From: Octopus sinensis
Taxonomy: Eukaryota
Assembly: GCF_006345805.1 (NCBI RefSeq)
Contig: NW_021829400.1
Location: forward strand, 1-6,299
Length of the DNA: 6,299 nucleotides
Reading direction: 5' to 3'
Made by a program: the position numbers and the translations under genes. The stretch's first letter is position 1. Every line of letters starts with the position of its first letter. This document shows positions 1 through 6,299 of the stretch, in pieces. The notes beneath the pieces are model-generated. The model was not told the origin of the DNA. It did not search any database and was given only the letters and a program-made list of their open reading frames with translations.

Positions 1-26
1 TATATATTATATATATATATATATAT

Positions 27-57
<31 letters not shown>

Positions 58-83
58 ATATATATATATATATTATATATATT
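1..83. repeat. (TA)n microsatellite, imperfect, runs off the window start
   Basis: Alternating TA with occasional TT/AA interruptions, ending at the SINE head at 84. Confidence 0.97.
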
Positions 84-514
84 GCAGGAGTGGCTGTGTG
101 GTAAGTAGCTTGTTTACCAACCACATGGTTCTGGGGTCAGTCCCACTGCGTGGCACCTTGGGCATCTGTCTTCTGCTAAAGCCTCGCGCCGACCGAAGCC
201 TTGTGAGTGGATTTGGTAGACGGAAACTGAAAGAAGGCCGTCGTATATATGTATATATATATATATAAATATATATATGTGTGTGTTGTGTGTGTGTGTC
301 TGTGTTTGTCCCACTAGCATTGCTTGACAACCGATGCTGGTGTGTTTATGTCCCCGCCACTTCGCGGTTCGGCCAATGAGACCTGATAGAATAAGTACTG
401 TGCTTACAAAGAATAATCCCGGGGTCGAGTTGCTCGATTAAAGGCGGTGCTCCAGCATGGGCGCAGTCAAATGACTGAAACAAGTAAAAGATTAAAGAGT
501 AAGAGTAAAAGAGT
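84..514 (+). mobile_element. tRNA-derived SINE, family A copy 1, full length, octopus-type with CORE-like motif
   Basis: Head GCAGGAGTGGCTGTGTGG with A-box-like TGGCTGTGTGG (91-101) and B-box-like GGGTCAGTCCC (134-144). CORE-like CACCTTGGGCA follows. Internal (TA)/(TG) tract at ~244-305; tail of GAGTAAAA-like units at ~484-514. About 90% identical by eye to the reverse complement of 2322-2744 (13 mismatches over 84-247). I cannot assign it to a named octopus family (OK/OR1/OR2). Confidence 0.92.
91..144 (+). promoter_or_regulatory. Internal RNA Pol III type-2 promoter (A and B boxes) of SINE A copy 1; B box degenerate
   Basis: A box TGGCTGTGTGG (91-101) against consensus TGGCNNAGTGG. B box reads GGGTCAGTCCC, whereas copy 2 has GGTTCAGTCCC (GTTC changed to GGTC). 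Confidence 0.6.
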
Positions 515-718
515 ATGTATGTATGTATGTATGGTCCGTATGTATGTATGTTGTATGTATGTATGTATGTATGTCCGTATGTATGAATGCATGTATGTAT
601 GTATGTATGTATGTATGTATGCATGTATGTATGCATGCATGTATGTATGTATGTGTGTATGTATGTATGTAATTTACGTACGTACGTATGTATGTATGTA
701 TGTATGTATGTATGTATG

Positions 719-753
<35 letters not shown>

Positions 754-913
754 TTTACGTACGTACGTATGTCCGTATGTATGTATGTATATATGTATGT
801 ATGTATGTATGTAATTTACGTACGTACGTATGTATGTATGTATGTATGTATATATGTATGTGTGTATGTATGTATGTAATTTACGTACGTACGTATGTCC
901 GTATGTATGTATG

Positions 914-947
<34 letters not shown>

Positions 948-2144
948 TGTATGTATGTCCGTATGTATGTATGTATGTATGTATGTAGGTATGTATGTAT
1001 GTATGTATGTATGTGTGTATGTATGTATGTATGCATGTATGTTTGTATGTATGTATGTGTGTATGTATGTATGTATGTATGTATGTGTGTATGTATGTAT
1101 ATATGTATGTATGTATGTATGTATGTACGTATGTATGTATGTCCGTATGTATGTATGTGTGTATGTATGTATGTATGTATGTATGTAGGTATGTATGTAT
1201 GTATGTATGTATGTATGTATGCAAGTATGTATGTGTGTATGTATGTATGTATGTATGTATGTATGTATGTATGTCCGTATGTATGTATGTATGTGTGTAT
1301 GTATGTATGTATGTATGTAGGTATGTATGTATGTATGTATGTATGTATGTATGCAAGTATGTATGTGTGTATGTATGTATGTATGTATGTATGTATGTAT
1401 GTATGTCCGTATGTATGTATGTATGTATGTATGTATGTATGCAAGTATGTATGCATGTATGTATGTATGTATGTATGTATGTATGTATGTATGTATGTAT
1501 GTCCGTATGTATGTATGTATGTATGTATGTATGTATTATGTATGTATTATGTATGTATGTATGTATGTCCGTATGTATGTATGTATGTGTGTATGTATGT
1601 ATGTATGTATGTATGTGTGTATGTATGTATGCAAGTATGTATGCATGTATGTATGTATGTATGTATGTATGCATGTATGTATGTATGTATGTATGTATGT
1701 ATGTATGTCCGTATGTATGTATGTATGTATGTATGTATGTATGTATGTATGTCCGTATGTATGTATGTATGTGTGTATGTATGTATGTATGTATGTATGT
1801 ATGTATGTATGTATGCATGTATGTATGTATGTATGTATGTATGTATGTATGTATGTATGTATGTATGTATGTATGTCCGTATGTATGTATGTATGTATGT
1901 ATGTATGCATGTATGTATGTATGTATGTATGTATGTATGTATGTATCCGTATGTATGTATGTATTATGTATGTATGTCTTATGTATGTATGTATGTATGT
2001 ATGTCCGTATGTATGTGTTGTATGTATGTATGTATGTATGTATGTATGTATGTTGTATGTATGTATGTATGTATGTATGTATGTATTATGTATGTATGTG
2101 TGTATGTATGTATGTATGTATGTATGTATGTATGTGTGTATGTA
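513..2144. repeat. Long (TATG)n/(CATA)n tetranucleotide array, ~1.63 kb, with recurrent variant units (TCCG, TAGG, CAAG, GCAT, TGTG, TACG, AATTT)
   Basis: About 400 four-base units from the SINE tail to ...GTGTGTATGTA at 2144. Confidence 0.99.
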
Positions 2145-2321
2145 AACCAATCAATCTGCAAATATTGGTCATATTAGTTATTGTTCCTCTGCAAACAGTA
2201 TATATATTTTTGTTTGTTTGCAGTTTTGGATGGTTATTTAACTTCTGCAGTATTGTAGCATTTAAGGCACTGTCAGCGGGTAATACTGCAAGTTATGAAC
2301 CGATAGAATTTTTAGATACTG

Positions 2322-2744
2322 CTCTTTTACTCTTTTACTCTTTTACTTGTTTCAGTCATTTGACTGCGGCCATGCTGGAGCACCGCCTTTAGTCGAGCAA
2401 ATCGACCCCGGGACTTATTCTTTTGTAAGCCCAGTACTTATTCTATCGGTCACTTTTTTGCCGAACCGCTAGGTTACGGGGACGTAAACACACCAGCATC
2501 GGTTGTCAAGCAATGCTAGGGGGAAAAACACAGACACACAAACATATACACACACACTTATATATATATATATATGCATATATACGACGTGCTTCTTTCA
2601 GTTTCCGTCTACCAAATCCACTCACAAGGCATTGGTCGGCCCGAGGCTATAGCAGAAGACACATGCCCAAGGTGCCACGCTGTGGGACTGAACCCGGAAC
2701 CATGTGGTTGGTTAGCAAGCTATTTACCACACAGCCACTCCTGC
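2322..2744 (-). mobile_element. tRNA-derived SINE, family A copy 2, full length, inverted relative to copy 1
   Basis: Reverse complement reads GCAGGAGTGGCTGTGTGGTAAATAGC...GGTTCAGTCCC...CACCTTGGGCA...GACTGAAACAAGTAAAAGAGTAAAAGAGTAAAAGAG. A box at 2727-2737, B box at 2684-2694, internal TA/TG tract at ~2529-2584. No clear target-site duplication. Confidence 0.93.
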
Positions 2745-2751
2745 GATGATC

Positions 2752-2772
2752 TTTTTTTTTTTTTTTTTTTTT
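2752..2772 (-). repeat. T21 homopolymer (poly(A) on the minus strand)
   Basis: 21 consecutive T, 7 bp from the head of SINE A copy 2. Confidence 0.95.
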
Positions 2773-3336
2773 AGTTCGAGGTATTAAAACGACGTTCAGT
2801 GAGATAGCTAGGTGAGATTCTTGGTTTCTGTGCATTATCATACTAAATATCTCGGCAAATTCATTATACGTCTCTCTATTAGATATTTTAGCGTTAAAGC
2901 TTCGTATATTGTTATTTCCCGGAGACTTCCATTTTGTTCTTTTATCGTTCGAAGCTACATTATTATTTCCAGAGTAATTATGGCTTCCACCGATTGTCCA
3001 GACAGTGTGTCCGCTATTTTGAACAACAATCCCATAATTGCCGATTCTTTTGTTGTCTATCTCCAGAGTTGTCTTTTTATAAATTTCTACAGAGCTCTCG
3101 GTATGGAGCCATAACATTACTGTTTGATTTGTTCAATGAATCGTTGTCAATTTCCATAGTGACAGACTCACTAACTTAGCGATATCCCATACTTTTTTTA
3201 GTTTCGGACATTTTTGTTTATTCGCTTTGACATAGTGCAGCAGTACTTTTTTACATTTGTTTTTTGTTTTTATTTGTATCGTTTCTTTTATTAGAATGAT
3301 AACAACGATTATAGCATCCAACTCCACTTTCCAGCA

Positions 3337-3418
3337 GTATATATGCATGTGTGTGTGTGTGTGTTTGCACGTGTGTATATGTGTGTATGTGTGTTTGTGT
3401 GTTATGTGTGTGTGTGTG
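3337..3418. repeat. Imperfect (TG)n/(TA)n microsatellite
   Basis: GTATATATGCATGTGTGTGTGTGTGTG...GTGTGTGTG seen directly. Confidence 0.93.
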
Positions 3419-3515
3419 CCAAAAGCTGTTCGCCTCAAGAATTTCTGCTCTATGAGAAACAAAAAAGGAAAGCGCCTCACATCATCGCTGCAACCAACAC
3501 TTAATCCTCTTCAAC

Positions 3516-3600
3516 TAAATTAACAGTTACGCATTGCAGTTGATGTAATTGACTAGCGCCCTCCCCCAAAATTTCAGGCCTTGTGCCTATAGTAGAAAGT
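3516..3600 (+). mobile_element. SINE family B, 5'-truncated 3' end leading into an (ATT)n tail
   Basis: Its first ~35 bp (TAAATTAACAGTTACGCATTGCAGTTGATGTAATT) align with the last ~39 bp of the SINE head at 3904-3942. It continues GACTAGCGCCCTCCCCCAAAATTTCAGGCCTTGTGCCTATAGTAGAAAG, which I recall as the 3' end of a common octopus SINE. Confidence 0.75.
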
Positions 3601-3655
3601 ATTATTATTATTATTATTATTACTATTATTTTATTATTATTATTATTATTATTAC

Positions 3656-3688
<33 letters not shown>

Positions 3689-3691
3689 TAC

Positions 3692-3767
<76 letters not shown>

Positions 3768-3778
3768 ATTATTATTAT
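3600..3778. repeat. (ATT)n/(TAA)n trinucleotide array with a few ACT variants; probably the expanded tail of SINE B
   Basis: About 60 units, seen directly. Confidence 0.98.
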
Positions 3779-3779
3779 A

Positions 3780-3942
3780 AGGCGGCGAGCTGGCAGAATC
3801 GTTAGCACGCTGGGCAAAATATTTAGCGGTATTCCGCCCGTCTTTACGTTCTGAGTTCAAATTCCGCCGGGGTCGTCTTTGCCTTTCAACCTTTCGAGGT
3901 CAATAAACTAAGTACCAATGAAACACTGGGATCGATGTAATT
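3780..3942 (+). mobile_element. SINE family B, tRNA-derived head and body, 3'-truncated
   Basis: Head AGGCGGCGAGCTGGCAGAATCG with A-box-like TGGCAGAATCG (3791-3801) and B-box-like GAGTTCAAATTCC (3853-3865). Ends abruptly at ...GATCGATGTAATT, where the R4 relic's 3' end begins. Confidence 0.82.
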
Positions 3943-4795
3943 TATGTCATGTTTTTTATAACTCCTGGAATCTTGCATGCTTACAGCCTATGGTATCATG
4001 GTATCTGGGGTTTTTTTACCAAACATCTAGTATTTTTCTGATTATTCTGGCCGTGTCAAGAAAACAAAGCTTTTGTAACAGATCTTCTGGCACTCTATTC
4101 CGATTTGCCTTATGTTCCTCTTGATGTCTTTTGATACTGTCCCCAAGGAACTAACAATAATTGGCACTATCTTCACCATTTTCATTTCCAGAGCCTGGTT
4201 ATTTCGTACTTAAGGCAATTGCATATATCTCTTTTTTTTTTGCCTTCTTTATTCACTATTCGTGGATCAAAAGGGCGCGCAACATCAACTATATAGCATT
4301 TGTGGTGCATCTTGTCGACCACCACTAGTTCGCGACGGTTATATTCTAGCATCTGATCTGTTTTGGACTGAAAAATGGATTTTGCTAGGATTTTGCTAGG
4401 GTTCGATTCCACCACTCTCTGCGGTTTGTGTTCATACCACGTCTTGCTTCTCTCTAGCCCCCACTTTGTACACAGTATCCAATGTAGCACTTTCGATACC
4501 TCATCGTGTCGCTACAACAGGTAGTGATTTGGGGAAACCCTAGGGCATTCGTCCAATCTGTTACAAATGCGGTACAGTGGAGGCACTTGCTCATTCTTAA
4601 GGGTGACGCTCCAATTCGAGGTCAAATCTCGGTCTTGCACTGCCAGTGGAGAGCTCTTTTTTTCAGTGTTCCTTTCTTCAGCCAATCCCACATATGTTTT
4701 CCAGCAACTTCATTTGTGGATATTGGAATTGATTGTGTGGTCCGTTGTTGTGTAACGCTTCTTCATACCCTTTTTGTACTTTTGACCATATACTA
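3943..4795 (-). mobile_element. Decayed, 5'-truncated R4/Dong-clade non-LTR retrotransposon (C-terminal zinc knuckle, restriction-like endonuclease, 3' UTR)
   Basis: Manual minus-strand translation across frameshifts gives: PHNQF/..NEVAGKHMWDWLKKGTLKK/LAVQDRDLTSNW..PLYRICNRLDECPRVSPNHYLL*RHDEVSKVLHWILCTKWGLERSKTWYEHKPQRVVES..QMLEYNRRELVVVDK..CYIVDVARPFD..LKYEITRLWK/MKMVKIVPIIVSSLGTVSK../LLQKLCFLDTARIIRKILDVW*. This follows, in order, the R4-clade motifs HGQF, WL..G.LK, AAQDQ, CRxC, RHD, LHW, WYEH, RPD, IDxAxP, VPxVxGALG and LQK..LLGTARI. Left boundary is the short 3' UTR; right boundary is approximate. Confidence 0.9.
4016..4760 (-). pseudogene. Disrupted C-terminal part of the R4/Dong ORF
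   Basis: Terminal stop TAA at 4016-4018; in-frame stop at 4512-4514; frameshifts near 4080, 4185, 4650 and 4720. The track ORF 4182-4490 is one intact stretch of it. Confidence 0.85.
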
Positions 4796-4894
4796 AAATA
4801 AAATATATGACCTTCAAGATCAAAATTCACATTATAATTATTCACAGTGGGGCCTGTAAGTAATTACCTAACATCTCGAGAAACAGTAGTTCAG

Positions 4895-4951
4895 TCTCTC
4901 TCACTCTCTCTTTCTCTTTCTTCCTTTCCTCCTATCTCTCTCTTTCTCTCT
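4895..4951. repeat. CT-rich polypyrimidine low-complexity tract
   Basis: TCTCTCTCACTCTCTCTTTCTCTTTCTTCCTTTCCTCC... seen directly. Confidence 0.85.
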
Positions 4952-5052
4952 TATCATACCTCGACTTCAATAAAAATGGAAATGCGAAATATTTTCAACC
5001 CTAAAACGAAACAAGAGTTTAAAAAAAAAAACAACAACAGAAGACGGAATAG

Positions 5053-5130
5053 TGATGTCTCTCACAACTCTGATCATAGATCTGCCACTTTAGGGCTGAC
5101 CTGGGATTAAATAACAACGAAAACAATAAT
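5053..5130 (+). mobile_element. Possible remnant 3' end of another retroposon with a decayed (AAC)n tail
   Basis: CTGATCATAGATCTG...GGGCTGACCTGGGATTAAATAACAACGAAAACAATAAT resembles a ...GCTGACCTGGGGCTAAACAACAAC repeat end I recall from octopus DNA. Recollection only; there is no second copy in the window. Confidence 0.3.
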
Positions 5131-5390
5131 ATTTCTCGTCAATATAAAAAAAACATTTTCAAGCTCACAAAATTCGTTTGCAGATTTTACCAGAGCAGTC
5201 TTGGTTATTATCCGAACTGATTCAGAGACGGTCAGCCGCATTTAACTAAAATACTAAACTGATTTTTCTTGTCAATACTGTTAAATTAAACAAATGTACT
5301 CGGTTGCTCGTATGATTCCTTTCATTTCTTAAACAGTCCACACTAATTAAGCAAGCTTGTAAACTACATTCACATATGTAAATATGAAGA

Positions 5391-5425
5391 TATATACATA
5401 TATATGTATATGTATATGTATATAT
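5391..5425. repeat. Short (TA)/(TATATG)n tract
   Basis: TATATACATATATATGTATATGTATATGTATATAT seen directly. Confidence 0.75.
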
Positions 5426-5554
5426 TGATGTTAGGTAGAAATTATGAAATCTGTCTCTAGTGCCGGTTTGCAACTGCAAAGGAAAACAAGCAGAGGAATT
5501 AGGAAAAATAAACTGGTGTATATCATATGAAATGTAATGTGTGGGTGTGTATTC

Positions 5555-5596
5555 ATATACATATATATATATACATATATCGATAGATAGATTGAT

Positions 5597-5642
<46 letters not shown>

Positions 5643-5666
5643 GGATAGATAGATAGATAGATAGAT

Positions 5667-5736
<70 letters not shown>

Positions 5737-5774
5737 GTGTGTATATGTATATATGTATATATATATTGTGTATG

Positions 5775-5816
<42 letters not shown>
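5555..5816. repeat. Compound microsatellite: (TA)n, then (GATA)n at 5582-5736, then (TG/TA)n
   Basis: About 38 GATA units flanked by TA-rich tracts, seen directly. Confidence 0.97.
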
Positions 5817-5817
<1 letters not shown>

Positions 5818-6100
5818 GAATGATAATAAAAAAAAGTATGGACAGTTGTACATCACAAAATTTATTTTATAATTATATACTTCATATTATAACGATCTAT
5901 ACGTGTTTCCGCTGCAGCGGCTGCTCACTGTGTCGAATGCAACGATACAACATTCTCGGTGCAGCTTCATCAGAGCCTATCCATTTGGTCATCTGCGAAG
6001 TGAACTGATTGAAGTAAATTTTATGTTAGTTTGTGGTCTGTGGGAGGTGTCGTTACTTGAGGGTATGTATTGTTGACCTCAACTTGACTTGGCTGAAGTT

Positions 6101-6189
6101 GGGGTGTATATAAATGTATAGATAAAATTTGAGGTTTATATAAATGAGGTGTATATAAATTAGTAAATACTTTTACTAATACTTTTACT
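6101..6189. repeat. Short tandem duplications: 15-bp units (G[AG]GGT[GT]TATATAAAT) followed by a 12-bp direct repeat (AATACTTTTACT x2)
   Basis: 15-mers at 6101-6115, 6131-6145 and 6146-6160, with a degenerate 15-mer at 6116-6130. 12-mers at 6166-6177 and 6178-6189. Confidence 0.8.
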
Positions 6190-6299
6190 AAATTTTAGGG
6201 CCCTGTTGCATCATAATAAAAGCAAAATTTCTTCCTGAGAAATCTTACTGCATGCAATCAAGCCCTGTGGATAGCACCCGTGGAAACCCACCTCAGCAG

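Noticed and set aside
84-160. Functional tRNA genes at the SINE heads (also 2670-2744 and 3780-3870)
   Set aside because: A/B boxes are present, but the sequence continues into SINE body and tail, and I cannot build a convincing cloverleaf.
73-330. Similar short ORFs at 73-330 and 114-320 (-) and at 2513-2749 and 2574-2774 (+)
   Set aside because: They resemble each other only because they are antisense translations of the two SINE A copies.
667-925. CRISPR-like repeat-spacer pattern
   Set aside because: The apparent spacers are just TATG units, the context is eukaryotic, and there are no cas genes.
1531-2100. Single-base-deletion variants in the array (TATTATG, TGTTG)
   Set aside because: They could be long-read consensus errors and show no clear periodicity, so I did not use them as structural evidence.
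346-2392. Long ORFs of 190-576 aa on both strands (MYVC and HTYI repeats)
   Set aside because: (TATG)n has no stop codon in any frame on either strand and has ATG every 4 nt, so these ORFs follow automatically from the repeat.
84-2744. Inverted repeats as terminal inverted repeats of a DNA transposon or foldback element
   Set aside because: Each arm is a complete SINE with A/B boxes and a tail, the arms differ by ~10%, and no target-site duplication or transposase is present.
3501-3860. Poly-Asn, poly-Ile, poly-Leu and poly-Tyr ORFs
   Set aside because: Translations of the (ATT)n array plus SINE flanks.
5909-5920. Perfect 12-bp palindrome CCGCTGCAGCGG
   Set aside because: Isolated and not extendable; one such palindrome in 6 kb is not remarkable.
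5431-6008. ORFs 5431-5856 (-) and 5739-6008 (+)
   Set aside because: Mostly translations of the (GATA)n and (TA)n tracts, with no recognisable domain.
1-6299. Very high microsatellite density (roughly 35-40% of the window, six motif classes)
   Set aside because: Striking, but in line with what is known of octopus-type genomes, so not evidence of a special system.

Overview
Eukaryotic, repeat-rich, non-coding window with no supportable intact gene. The SINE sequences and microsatellite load look like an octopod (Octopus-like) genome; this is my recognition of the repeat families, not a database result. Left to right: (TA)n; a full-length tRNA-derived SINE (family A, +, 84-514); a ~1.63 kb (TATG)n array with internal higher-order structure; a second family A copy in inverted orientation (-, 2322-2744); T21 next to an unassigned ~350 bp segment open on both strands; (TG)n; the 3' end of a second SINE family (B) with its (ATT)n tail, then a family B head; a decayed, 5'-truncated R4/Dong-clade non-LTR retrotransposon (-, ~3943-4795; zinc-knuckle and restriction-like endonuclease region); CT-rich and (GATA)n microsatellites; short tandem duplications. 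Nearly all ORFs in the supplied track are microsatellite or SINE artefacts. I see no convincing new biological system. The best leads are the inverted SINE pair (possible dsRNA/ADAR substrate), the higher-order repeats in the TATG array, the tail-before-head SINE B arrangement and the unassigned poly(A)-adjacent ORF.
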